A stretch of DNA of 41,720 nt, from assembly GCA_026985625.1 (NCBI GenBank), contig JALSQC010000160.1, positions 1 through 41,720 of the forward strand, read 5' to 3'. The translations under genes and the position numbers were made by a program. Shown piece by piece: positions 1 through 8,177 of this stretch. The notes beneath the pieces were generated by a model. The model searched no databases. It saw nothing but the letters and a program-made list of their open reading frames with translations, and had not been told where the DNA came from. Origin of the DNA: Bacteroidales bacterium. GTDB taxonomy: Bacteria; Bacteroidota; Bacteroidia; Bacteroidales; JAFGXI01. Position 1 is the first letter of the stretch, and the number at the start of each line of letters is the position of its first letter.

Positions 1-1
1 T

Positions 2-385
2 TATTCGGGAAATAAATCTATTTGCATAAAACCTGATAATGAATTTATAGAATTAGTGCCCGACCAAAATATAGATAATACATACAGCCGTTTATTCTTT
101 AATTTAACTTGTAATATATTAAGTAAGGATACAACAAACGGAGTTCCAATAATAGTTTGTCATATTGTCGATAAAAATAATAAAACAATTTTTTGGAATA
201 AAATAGATTTTTTCCATACCGAAAAAATTAAATACAACAAATGGACAAGCATAACCGGTAACTTACAAATTCCTGTTGACAATCCAAGCAAAGGATATGT
301 TTTTAAAGCATATATATGGAATTCAAAAGCTAAATTTTATATCGACGATTTAGATGTTAGTGTAACCGGAAAACCTATACATTAA
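2..385 (+). CDS. hypothetical protein, C-terminal fragment (5' end lies left of the window)
   Basis: The frame is open from base 2, with no stop before the GTG at 56 used by the ORF track. Stop TAA at 383-385. No motif recognised. Confidence 0.4.
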   Translation, partial: YSGNKSICIKPDNEFIELVPDQNIDNTYSRLFFNLTCNILSKDTTNGVPIIVCHIVDKNNKTIFWNKIDFFHTEKIKYNKWTSITGNLQIPVDNPSKGYVFKAYIWNSKAKFYIDDLDVSVTGKPIH

Positions 386-987
386 AAAAATATTAAAACT
401 CCCAAGACACTAAAAAATCCTACTAAAAAACCAATACTAACTTGTAATAAATTATGTTTTTCTAAAAACAATCTTGCCGAAGCAACAAGTCCTGCAACTA
501 AAATTGATATTATAAAATAAAACTCAAGATTAACTTTAAAAAATATTGATATTGCAAAAATTAGAGCCGAAATACCTCCAATTCCTATTAAATGTGCACT
601 TATTTTCCATCTTAAAGTAATAATTAAGGTTAACATTACCGACACAAACGAGCTTAGTAAAAATATAATAAATATGTGAGGTATAGGCAACGATTTTAAA
701 AGGTAAAACGTAAAATAATAAAAAACTGCAGTTACAAGAATAGGTAAATGTCGTTCTTCTCGATTATCTAAATAAACCGATGATATTTTTCCAAAAAAAT
801 AAAACAACGGTATTGTTAATACGGGCAACAAAAATGTTCCCGTAAAAACAAAAAAATATAAAAATTTTTGCAAATCTATTGGCTCAAGATTTAAATAAGT
901 TCCCGAGTTAAACAAAATATAAAATCCGGCTAAAGGCATTAGCAAAGGGTGAAAAATTATAGTAATAACTTTAAAAAATATTTTCAT
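382..987 (-). CDS. PAP2-superfamily-like integral membrane protein
   Basis: 201 aa, hydrophobic throughout with multiple predicted helices. KISAHLIG and SARLFLEKHNLLQ (R-x5-H-x3-Q) resemble PAP2 phosphatase motifs 2 and 3. Starts 5 nt after the rpoN stop. Confidence 0.5.
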   Translation of the reverse strand: MKIFFKVITIIFHPLLMPLAGFYILFNSGTYLNLEPIDLQKFLYFFVFTGTFLLPVLTIPLFYFFGKISSVYLDNREERHLPILVTAVFYYFTFYLLKSLPIPHIFIIFLLSSFVSVMLTLIITLRWKISAHLIGIGGISALIFAISIFFKVNLEFYFIISILVAGLVASARLFLEKHNLLQVSIGFLVGFFSVLGVLIFF

Positions 988-992
988 TATAA

Positions 993-2453
993 CTATAATT
1001 GTTTACGTAAACGGCCTACCGGTATTTTTAATTGTTCGCGATATTTTGCAACAGTCCGTCGAGCAATGTTGTATCCTTTTTCTTTTAAAATCTGCGATAA
1101 TTTTTCGTCGGTAAAAGGTTTCGATTTATCTTCGTTTTCGATAATTTCGGTTAATATTTTTTTAATTTCTTTGGTAGATATTTCCTCTCCACTTTTGTTA
1201 ACAATTCCCTCCGAAAAAAAATATCTGAGTTTAAACGTTCCAAATTCGGTTTGTATATATTTGCTATTACTAACCCGCGATATTGTAGATATATCAAGTC
1301 CTGTAATTTCGGCAATATCTTTTAATCGCATTGGTTTTAATTTTGTTTCGTCGCCCGACACAAAAAAATCGTATTGATATTTTAAAATTGCCTCTATGGT
1401 TTGCATTAAAGTATTTTCGCGTTGTTTTATGGCATCGATAAAAAATGATGCACTATCTAATTTCTTTTTAATAAAACTCTCGGCAGATTTATCAGATTTG
1501 TTTTTAGTTTTTTTATTAACATACGAGTTATACATTTTTTTATACTCGTTGTTTATTCTAAGTTCCGGAGTGTTTCTGGAGTTTAAACTAACTTTAAGCT
1601 CGCCATAATTATTTTCTAAAACAAAATCGGCAATTACACTTTGATTTATTTTGTTTGCCGAGTTTCCGGTTGAGTTTCCGGGTTTTGGATTAAGTTTTTT
1701 TATAACATCTATAGCATCTTTAAAATCGTCTTTGCTTATATAATCTAAATTTTTTAAAATTTTATCGTAATGTTTTTTTGTAAACTCGGTATAATAATTT
1801 TTTAAAATCTCTATGGCATTAATAATTGCAATGGTTTTATTTTCTTTTCGATAAAGTTGTAACAATAAACACTCTTGCAAATTTCTGGCAAAAACACCTG
1901 CAGGGTCTAATTCCTGTAATTTTTTTATTACGTCGTTTATTTCTTCTTCGGTTGTTTTTATTGCAAGTTTAAATTCTATTTGGTCAACAAGTTTTTCGGT
2001 TTCTACACGCAAATATCCTTCGTCGTCGACTGTTCCTATTAAGAATTTTGCAATTTCTTTTTGTTTATCGGTTAACGATAATAAATGTAGCTGGGATAAT
2101 AAATAATCGTAAAAACTTTGTTCGCCCGAGTAAGGTATATCTTTAGGTTTATCGTCTTTCGAAAAATTATTGGCATGTAAACGATACGATGGTATATCGT
2201 CGTCGCCAACATAATCTTCTAACGAAAATTCGTTATCTTTTTTTTGTTTTTCTTCGGCTGATATTTCCTCGTTACTATCTGCAAATTCTTCGGGTGTTGA
2301 GTCTGTTGCTTTTTCTAAAGCAGGGTTTTCTTCTAATTCTTTTTCTATTTTTTCTTCTAACTCTAATATTGGTAATTCAAGCATTTTTATTACTTGAATT
2401 TGCTGTGGCGATAATTTTGTCGATAATTTTAGTAATTGACTTTGTTTTAGCAT
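993..2453 (-). CDS. rpoN: RNA polymerase sigma-54 factor RpoN
   Basis: N-terminal MLKQSQLLKLSTKLSPQQIQ region I and the C-terminal RpoN box ARRTVAKYREQLKIP. I chose the ATG at 2453 (MLKQ...) over the ORF-track start at 2483, which falls inside the predicted -7 box. Confidence 0.93.
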   Translation of the reverse strand: MLKQSQLLKLSTKLSPQQIQVIKMLELPILELEEKIEKELEENPALEKATDSTPEEFADSNEEISAEEKQKKDNEFSLEDYVGDDDIPSYRLHANNFSKDDKPKDIPYSGEQSFYDYLLSQLHLLSLTDKQKEIAKFLIGTVDDEGYLRVETEKLVDQIEFKLAIKTTEEEINDVIKKLQELDPAGVFARNLQECLLLQLYRKENKTIAIINAIEILKNYYTEFTKKHYDKILKNLDYISKDDFKDAIDVIKKLNPKPGNSTGNSANKINQSVIADFVLENNYGELKVSLNSRNTPELRINNEYKKMYNSYVNKKTKNKSDKSAESFIKKKLDSASFFIDAIKQRENTLMQTIEAILKYQYDFFVSGDETKLKPMRLKDIAEITGLDISTISRVSNSKYIQTEFGTFKLRYFFSEGIVNKSGEEISTKEIKKILTEIIENEDKSKPFTDEKLSQILKEKGYNIARRTVAKYREQLKIPVGRLRKQL

Positions 2454-2480
2454 AGTTTGTAATTTAAACAGATATTTTAA

Positions 2481-2488
2481 CAAAGTTA
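2481..2488 (-). promoter_or_regulatory. Bacteroidota-type -7 promoter box (TAACTTTG on minus strand) upstream of rpoN
   Basis: Plus-strand CAAAGTTA is a perfect TAnnTTTG on the minus strand, about 28 nt upstream of the ATG at 2453. Confidence 0.4.
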
Positions 2489-2572
2489 CGTAAAAAAAAT
2501 ATTTTTTTAGATTAAACCTTTAAAAATAATTATAATCATAAGAGTGTATAAACTTTAAAAAAATAAATAATT

Positions 2573-3031
2573 ATGAAAAAGACTAGAATTTTAACATTAA
2601 TCTTAGTATTAATTTTTGCAAGTAACTTATCGTTTTCGCAACGAAACGGCAAAATGCCTCCTGCTCAAAAAAGACAACACGGAATAGAAAATAGAATTCC
2701 TAATTTAAGTGATCAGCAAAAAGAGCAAATTAAAAGTTTGCGACTATCTTTTATGTCGGATGTTTTACCGTTAAAAAATCAACTTAAAGAAAAACAAGCT
2801 CATTTAAATACTTTGCAAACAGCAGAAAAAGCAGATTTAAATCAGATAAATAAAACTATTGAGGAGATAGGTAATTTAAAAATTAATATTGCTAAACGCA
2901 AAGCTTTATTTCGCCAAAATGTTCGTAAAAATTTAGATGACGAACAACGTATTTATTTTGATACTCATTTTTCTAAACGCGAAAAAATGATGCATAATAA
3001 AATGAAAGGAAATTGCAAACAAATGGATTAA
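2573..3031 (+). CDS. Spy/CpxP-family periplasmic protein (LTXXQ-type, heavy-metal-sensor-like)
   Basis: Signal peptide MKKTRILTLILVLIFASNLSFSQ. Helical and K/Q/E-rich, with LSDQQKEQIKSL and LDDEQRIYF repeats typical of the Spy/CpxP family. Confidence 0.65.
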   Translation: MKKTRILTLILVLIFASNLSFSQRNGKMPPAQKRQHGIENRIPNLSDQQKEQIKSLRLSFMSDVLPLKNQLKEKQAHLNTLQTAEKADLNQINKTIEEIGNLKINIAKRKALFRQNVRKNLDDEQRIYFDTHFSKREKMMHNKMKGNCKQMD

Positions 3032-3048
3032 CAAAATTGGTTTAAATA

Positions 3049-3081
3049 AAAAATCCGTTAAAATTTTTAACGGATTTTTTT
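3049..3081. terminator. bidirectional intrinsic terminator between convergent genes
   Basis: Perfect palindrome aaaaatccgttaaaa / ttttaacggattttt (core stem tccgtta/taacgga). It is flanked by an A-run on the left and a T-run on the right, so it is U-tailed on both strands. Confidence 0.7.
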
Positions 3082-3104
3082 ATATCTACACTTGGTCTTA
3101 AATA

Positions 3105-3809
3105 TTATAAATTTAATTTTTCTATTATATTTTTAGCTGCATTTTTTTCGGATATTTTTTTTGAATTTCCTAAGCCTTTTCCAATTTCTTTATTATCTAT
3201 AATTATGCTTGTAATATACGAATGTCCTTGCATATCTTCTTCGTTTTGTTTTGTTTCAAAAACTAAATTTAGTTTGTTTTTTTGTGCATAATTAATTAAA
3301 CGGCTTTTATAGTTATCATCAACTTTTATAAGTTCGTTAATATCAAAATATTCCCGTATAACTTTATTAATTAAAATTCGTTTTGTTTTTTTATATCCTT
3401 TATCAAGATATATTGCTCCCACAAAAGCTTCTAATGTGTTTCCAAAAACATCTTTCGGGGAGTTTGTTTTGTTAATAAACTGTTCAAAGCCAAGGTCTTG
3501 TGCTAATTTATTTAACGATTCTCGTTTTACTATTCGCGAGCGCATTTGCGTTAAAAAGCCTTCGTTTTCTTTTGGAAATAATTGATAAAGGTAATCGGCA
3601 ACAATTGCTCCAAGAACAGCGTCTCCAAGGTATTCTAATCGCTCGTTGCTTAACTCTGCTCCATCAACAACAATATGTGATTTTTTTTGTGTAAATGCCA
3701 ATTTGTAATAAGAAATATTATTAGGATACTCTCCAATAATATTTTTTATCGAACAACAAATATTATTTTTTTTTAATAAGGATAATTTGCAATTAAAAAA
3801 ACTAAACAA
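3105..3809 (-). CDS. rnc: ribonuclease III
   Basis: RNase III signature ERLEYLGDAVLGAIV, a C-terminal dsRBD-like region (KISEKNAAKNIIEKL) and the classic position downstream of fabF. Start codon choice is uncertain. Confidence 0.92.
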   Translation of the reverse strand: MFSFFNCKLSLLKKNNICCSIKNIIGEYPNNISYYKLAFTQKKSHIVVDGAELSNERLEYLGDAVLGAIVADYLYQLFPKENEGFLTQMRSRIVKRESLNKLAQDLGFEQFINKTNSPKDVFGNTLEAFVGAIYLDKGYKKTKRILINKVIREYFDINELIKVDDNYKSRLINYAQKNKLNLVFETKQNEEDMQGHSYITSIIIDNKEIGKGLGNSKKISEKNAAKNIIEKLNL

Positions 3810-3811
3810 AG

Positions 3812-5056
3812 TTATAATTTTTTGAAAATCAACGAAGCATTATGCCCTCCAAATCCAAAAGTATTTGATATTGCAACTTTAACTTCTCTTTCTTGGTATT
3901 TATTTACCGTAAGATTTAATTTTTGGTCAATTCTTTCGTCGGGAGTTTTAAAATTTATTGTTGGAGGAATAATATTGTGATTTATTGCTTTAATTGATGC
4001 AATAGATTCTACTGCTCCTGCAGCACCTAACAGATGTCCTGTCATTGACTTTGTAGAACTTATATTTAATTTATAAGCATGTTCTCCAAAAACATTATTT
4101 ATTGCTTTTGTTTCCGATATATCGCCTAAAGGTGTAGATGTTCCGTGAACGTTTATATAATCAACATCTGTTGGTTTTAAGTTTGCATCTTCTAAAGCAA
4201 ATTTCATAACGTTAGATGCTCCTATACCTTCGGGGTGTGGAGCTGTTAAGTGATGTGCATCGGCTGTCATTCCAATACCAACTATTTCGGCATATATTTT
4301 TGCTCCTCTGGCTTTTGCGTGTTCGTATTCTTCGAGAATAAGAGCTCCTCCGCCTTCTCCCATAACAAAGCCGTCGCGGGTAGCATCAAACGGACGAGAT
4401 GCTGTTTTATAATCGTCGTTACGAACCGATATAGCATGCATAGAGTTAAAACCTCCCATACCTGCTTCGTTTATTGCAGCCTCGGAACCTCCCGTAATAA
4501 AAATTTTTGCTTTTCCCAGTCGTATAAACTCAAAAGCATTTGCAATTGCATGCGAAGAAGAAGCACAGGCAGAAACCGTGCTGTAATTTGGACCCCTAAA
4601 ACCATATTTTATAGAAATATGTCCGGCTGCAATATCAGATATCATCTTAGGTATAAAGAATGGACTAAATCGCGGAGTATAATCGTTTGTAACATAATTT
4701 TTTACTTCTTGTAAAAAAGTGTCTAAACCTCCTATTCCGGAACCCCAAATTACGCCTGCGTAATTTTTGTCGATTTTATCTAAGTCCAATTTAGAATCTT
4801 CAACAGCCTGTTTTGCTGCAATTAAAGCAAATTGAGCATATCTGTCGAGTTTACGAGCCTCTTTTCTGTCAAAATAGTTTAAGGGGTTAAAATTCTTTAC
4901 TTCGCAAGCAAATTTTGTTTTAAATTTAGTTGCATCAAAGTTAGTAATTAACTCGCTTCCGCTTACACCTTTTACAAGGTTATCCCAATACTCATCAACA
5001 TTAGCACCTAAAGGTGTTATTGCTCCTAATCCTGTAACTACTACTCTTTTAAACAT
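3812..5056 (-). CDS. fabF: beta-ketoacyl-ACP synthase II
   Basis: 414 aa. Active-site Cys context STVSACASSSHAI, catalytic His contexts (NVHGTSTPLGD, MTGHLLGAAG) and C-terminal NTFGFGGHNASLIF. Confidence 0.96.
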   Translation of the reverse strand: MFKRVVVTGLGAITPLGANVDEYWDNLVKGVSGSELITNFDATKFKTKFACEVKNFNPLNYFDRKEARKLDRYAQFALIAAKQAVEDSKLDLDKIDKNYAGVIWGSGIGGLDTFLQEVKNYVTNDYTPRFSPFFIPKMISDIAAGHISIKYGFRGPNYSTVSACASSSHAIANAFEFIRLGKAKIFITGGSEAAINEAGMGGFNSMHAISVRNDDYKTASRPFDATRDGFVMGEGGGALILEEYEHAKARGAKIYAEIVGIGMTADAHHLTAPHPEGIGASNVMKFALEDANLKPTDVDYINVHGTSTPLGDISETKAINNVFGEHAYKLNISSTKSMTGHLLGAAGAVESIASIKAINHNIIPPTINFKTPDERIDQKLNLTVNKYQEREVKVAISNTFGFGGHNASLIFKKL

Positions 5057-5091
5057 AATATTATAAAATGTAACTAAATTTAAAACTTTAT

Positions 5092-5328
5092 TTATGCAAC
5101 GTTATTTTCAATGTATGATATAGCGTCGCTAACTGTTGATATTTCTTCTGCTTTATCATCAGGAATTGCAATGTTAAATTCTTTTTCGAATTCCATAATT
5201 AACTCAACAGTGTCTAATGAGTCTGCTCCTAAATCGTTTGTGAAACTAGCTTCGTTTGTTACTTCGTTTTCGTCAACACCTAATTTATCAACGATTATTG
5301 CTTTTACTCTAGAACTAATGTCTGACAT
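5092..5328 (-). CDS. acpP: acyl carrier protein
   Basis: 78 aa with the phosphopantetheine attachment motif [16 protein letters not shown]. Lies upstream of fabF. Confidence 0.96.
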   Translation of the reverse strand: MSDISSRVKAIIVDKLGVDENEVTNEASFTNDLGADSLDTVELIMEFEKEFNIAIPDDKAEEISTVSDAISYIENNVA

Positions 5329-5496
5329 AATTTTATTATTTTAGTTAAACTTAAATTTTATTGTGCAAAGTAATAAATTTACTAATAATAAATCAAAATT
5401 TTTTACTAATTTATTTATAAAAATTTTATTTTTTTACTTTTTAAGTATCTTTACAGTATAAAATTTTAAACACAATCGATTTGTAACAATTAAAAT

Positions 5497-6069
5497 ATGA
5501 CAAATATTGCTATTTTTGCTTCTGGTTCGGGAACTAATGCCGAGAATATTATTAATTATTTTAAAAATGATAATAATATTAATGTTTCTTTAATTTTATC
5601 TAATAATAAAGATGCATTTGTAATAGAACGTGCTAAAAAGTTTAATATTCCTTTTTATATTTTTTCTAAAAATAATTTAAAGTCTAATAATGTTTTGGAC
5701 AAATTATCGGAGTATAATATTAATTTTATTGTTCTTGCAGGTTTTTTGTTATTAATACCGGAAAATATAGTATCAAAATTTAATAATAGAATTGTAAATA
5801 TACACCCGGCATTGCTTCCTAATTATGGGGGTAAAGGAATGTTTGGAATGAACGTCCATAATGCTGTTATTAAAAATGGAGAAAAAGAATCGGGTATTAC
5901 TATACATTTTGTAAATAACAATTATGATGATGGTGATATTATTTTTCAAAAAAAATGTAAAATTTCTATTGATGATACTCCCGACGATTTAGCTCAAAAG
6001 ATTCATCAATTAGAATATAAATATTTTCCGGTTGTAATTAAAGAAACTATAAAAAAAATAAATTTATAA
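5497..6069 (+). CDS. purN: phosphoribosylglycinamide formyltransferase
   Basis: IAIFASGSGTNAENII, VLAGFLLLIP and NIHPALLPNYGG...HFV..NYDDGDII formyltransferase motifs. 190 aa. Confidence 0.92.
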   Translation: MTNIAIFASGSGTNAENIINYFKNDNNINVSLILSNNKDAFVIERAKKFNIPFYIFSKNNLKSNNVLDKLSEYNINFIVLAGFLLLIPENIVSKFNNRIVNIHPALLPNYGGKGMFGMNVHNAVIKNGEKESGITIHFVNNNYDDGDIIFQKKCKISIDDTPDDLAQKIHQLEYKYFPVVIKETIKKINL

Positions 6070-6462
6070 TTTAACTTGTTTACTTATTTTTTCGGCAATT
6101 TCTTTAAATTCTTGGGTAGTTAGTTTTAATTTTGGGCTTAATATGCTCATTTCTTTTACGTTATTAAAAGGTATTAAGTGTATATGTGCATGAGGAACTT
6201 CGTCGCCAATAACTAAAACTCCGACTCTGTTGCATGGTATTTCTTGTTTTATTGCTTTTGCAACTTTTTTTGCAAATATCATCATATCCGATAATAAGTC
6301 GTCGTTTATATCAAAAATATAATCTATTTCGGTTTTAGGAACAACCAAAGTATGTCCTTTTGCCAGAGGATTTATGTCGAGAAAAGCATAAAAATTATTG
6401 TCTTCGGCTATTTTATACGATGGTATTTCTTTGTTAATTATTTTTGTAAATATAGAGCTCAT
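6064..6462 (-). CDS. HIT family (histidine triad) protein
   Basis: Histidine triad HAHIHLIP, preceded by the nucleotide-binding region FLDINPLAKGHTLVVPK. Its 3' end overlaps the convergent purN by 6 nt. Confidence 0.9.
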   Translation of the reverse strand: MSSIFTKIINKEIPSYKIAEDNNFYAFLDINPLAKGHTLVVPKTEIDYIFDINDDLLSDMMIFAKKVAKAIKQEIPCNRVGVLVIGDEVPHAHIHLIPFNNVKEMSILSPKLKLTTQEFKEIAEKISKQVKL

Positions 6463-6471
6463 AATTTTTTA

Positions 6472-6945
6472 TTATAATGATATTTCTAATATTTCAAATT
6501 TTATTATTCCCGAAGGAACTTTAACTTCTACTTTTTCGCCAACTTTTTTGCCAAGTAAACCTTTTGCTATTGGTGTGCTTATTGATAGTTTTTTTTGTTT
6601 TAAGTCGGCTTCAGATTCCGAAACAATTTGATATTCCATTACGGAGTTATTGTTTAAATTTTTTAATTTAACTTTGTTAAAAATCTGAACTTTTGATGTA
6701 TCTAATTTTGACTCGTCAATTAATCTTGAATTTATAATTGTTTCTTTAAGTTTAGATATTCTCATTTCTAACATACCTTGAGCTTCTTTTGCTGCATCGT
6801 ATTCGGCATTTTCGCTTAAATCGCCTTTATCTCTTGCTTCTGCAATTTGTCTTGATATAGATGGTCTTTCGACGTTTTCTAAATATTCTAATTCTTTTTT
6901 TAATTTATTTAATCCTTCTTCTGTTATATATGAATATTTTGCCAT
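6472..6945 (-). CDS. greA: transcription elongation factor GreA
   Basis: 157 aa. The coiled-coil tip has DKGDLSENAEYDAAKEAQ and the C-terminal globular domain has ISTPIAKGLLGKKVGEKVEVKVP. Confidence 0.95.
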   Translation of the reverse strand: MAKYSYITEEGLNKLKKELEYLENVERPSISRQIAEARDKGDLSENAEYDAAKEAQGMLEMRISKLKETIINSRLIDESKLDTSKVQIFNKVKLKNLNNNSVMEYQIVSESEADLKQKKLSISTPIAKGLLGKKVGEKVEVKVPSGIIKFEILEISL

Positions 6946-6977
6946 AGCTAATTATTTTTTAGTTATTTTATAAAAAT

Positions 6978-7005
6978 AAAAGAATCTCAAAAAAGAGACT
7001 CTTTT
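6978..7005 (-). terminator. intrinsic terminator after the PorV-like gene, possibly also a greA leader hairpin
   Basis: On the minus-strand RNA, agagucuc-uuuuuu-gagauucu forms a fully paired 8-bp stem. The single irregular position is a G-U wobble on this strand but an A-C mismatch on the other. The stem can extend by 3 A-U pairs and is followed by uuuuauuuuuau. Confidence 0.55.
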
Positions 7006-7011
7006 AAAATG

Positions 7012-7019
7012 CAAATATA
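7012..7019 (-). promoter_or_regulatory. Bacteroidota-type -7 promoter box (TATATTTG on minus strand) upstream of greA
   Basis: Plus-strand CAAATATA is a perfect TAnnTTTG on the minus strand, 67 nt upstream of the greA ATG. It sits just upstream of the hairpin at 6978-7005. Confidence 0.35.
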
Positions 7020-7029
7020 TAAAAATTTT

Positions 7030-8139
7030 TTATAATGTTACACGAACTCCTATACTATGCACTCCCGAAAAGTTCATTGTTGCTCTATATGAATAATCTA
7101 ACGAGAATATAGAACCGTTTTCTTTATTTAAGGGTATAAGAATAGAGAATCCTCCTGTAGGTCCTGTATATGCTGTTGCTCTTGTATTATCGAAAATGCC
7201 GGCTTCGTATATATATCCGCCTCTAAGCTGAAACATTTTTTTAAAACTGTATTCTATACCAAAATGTATTTGATCTTTTGTAAACGAGTTTGATGTAAAA
7301 TTACCTGCAATAGTTATTATTTGATCGTTAATAACTTTTTTTGTTGTTGTATCAACTTTTTGATTTATATAAATATCGTAAGCTACACCTATTTTAATAA
7401 GCGATGGTAATTCGTAATCGGCAGAGCGTTGTTCTACGGTCATATTTGTTCCTGCAGGAACGTATCCTCTAAACGAAAGGCCGTCTCCTTTGTATCTCAT
7501 TGTAGGACCAACATTTTTCATCGACATACCAAATTTAAGGTTTTCGTGATTTCGTTTGCCTGCTTTATTTTTTCCTAAACCTGTTACGTATTGTATGCCT
7601 GCGTCTAATGCTATTCCGCTACTTGATAAATCTGATATACCTTCGTTTAAGATTTTTAAATCCAATCCTCCATAAATACTATTTGAGAAGGCTTTTGCAT
7701 ATGCTAAAGTAATATTTGTGTATGTAGGGTGAAATGTTCCTAATCCTCCATCGGGTAAATCTACGGTTGTAATATCTATGTTACCAAAGTCCATAGACAT
7801 AAAAGCTAATGACATTACTCCTGTTTCTCCTACTTTTTGCGAAAGACCAAACGAATAAATATTTATTCCTGAACCTGCAAGCCACGATGAACTTGAAAAA
7901 ATTAATTCGGTTTTTTTTGTAAAAGCAGTTCCTGCAACATTTAACGATAAAGCCTCTATACCGTGAATAGATGCTGAGTTTGCTTGTCCAAAACCGGTTG
8001 TCCTAACCCATGGATTTATGAGTAGTTGTCCTCCACCTGCTTGCCCAACTCTTTGGTCGTTTCCTGCAAATGAAATTGCTGATATGCCTAAAAACAGTAC
8101 TATCGAAGTAAATATTTTTTTTATTGTTTCTTTTTTCAT
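7030..8139 (-). CDS. PorV/PorQ-family outer-membrane beta-barrel protein (T9SS-associated)
   Basis: Signal peptide, then GQAGGGQLLINPWVRTTGFGQANSASIHGIEALSLNVAGTAF. This matches the N-terminal PorV/PorQ pattern (g-aG-qfL-i-aRa-amGgA-A--d-sal-wNPAGla). Alternating beta-strand character, ending VRVTL. Confidence 0.65.
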   Translation of the reverse strand: MKKETIKKIFTSIVLFLGISAISFAGNDQRVGQAGGGQLLINPWVRTTGFGQANSASIHGIEALSLNVAGTAFTKKTELIFSSSSWLAGSGINIYSFGLSQKVGETGVMSLAFMSMDFGNIDITTVDLPDGGLGTFHPTYTNITLAYAKAFSNSIYGGLDLKILNEGISDLSSSGIALDAGIQYVTGLGKNKAGKRNHENLKFGMSMKNVGPTMRYKGDGLSFRGYVPAGTNMTVEQRSADYELPSLIKIGVAYDIYINQKVDTTTKKVINDQIITIAGNFTSNSFTKDQIHFGIEYSFKKMFQLRGGYIYEAGIFDNTRATAYTGPTGGFSILIPLNKENGSIFSLDYSYRATMNFSGVHSIGVRVTL

Positions 8140-8177
8140 ATTTATAAATTTTTATTATAAAAATATCAAGTTTATTT

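Noticed and set aside
949-1377. 142-aa plus-strand ORF inside rpoN. The same applies to 1396-1608 and 2189-2455.
   Set aside because: These are antisense shadows of rpoN with no motifs.
2454-2483. 10-codon N-terminal extension of rpoN (MLKYLFKLQT)
   Set aside because: RpoN proteins typically begin MLKQ..Q. The longer start falls inside the predicted -7 promoter box at 2481-2488.
4250-4714. 154-aa plus-strand ORF inside fabF
   Set aside because: It is antisense to an unambiguous fabF and has a Cys/Arg/Phe-rich nonsense composition.
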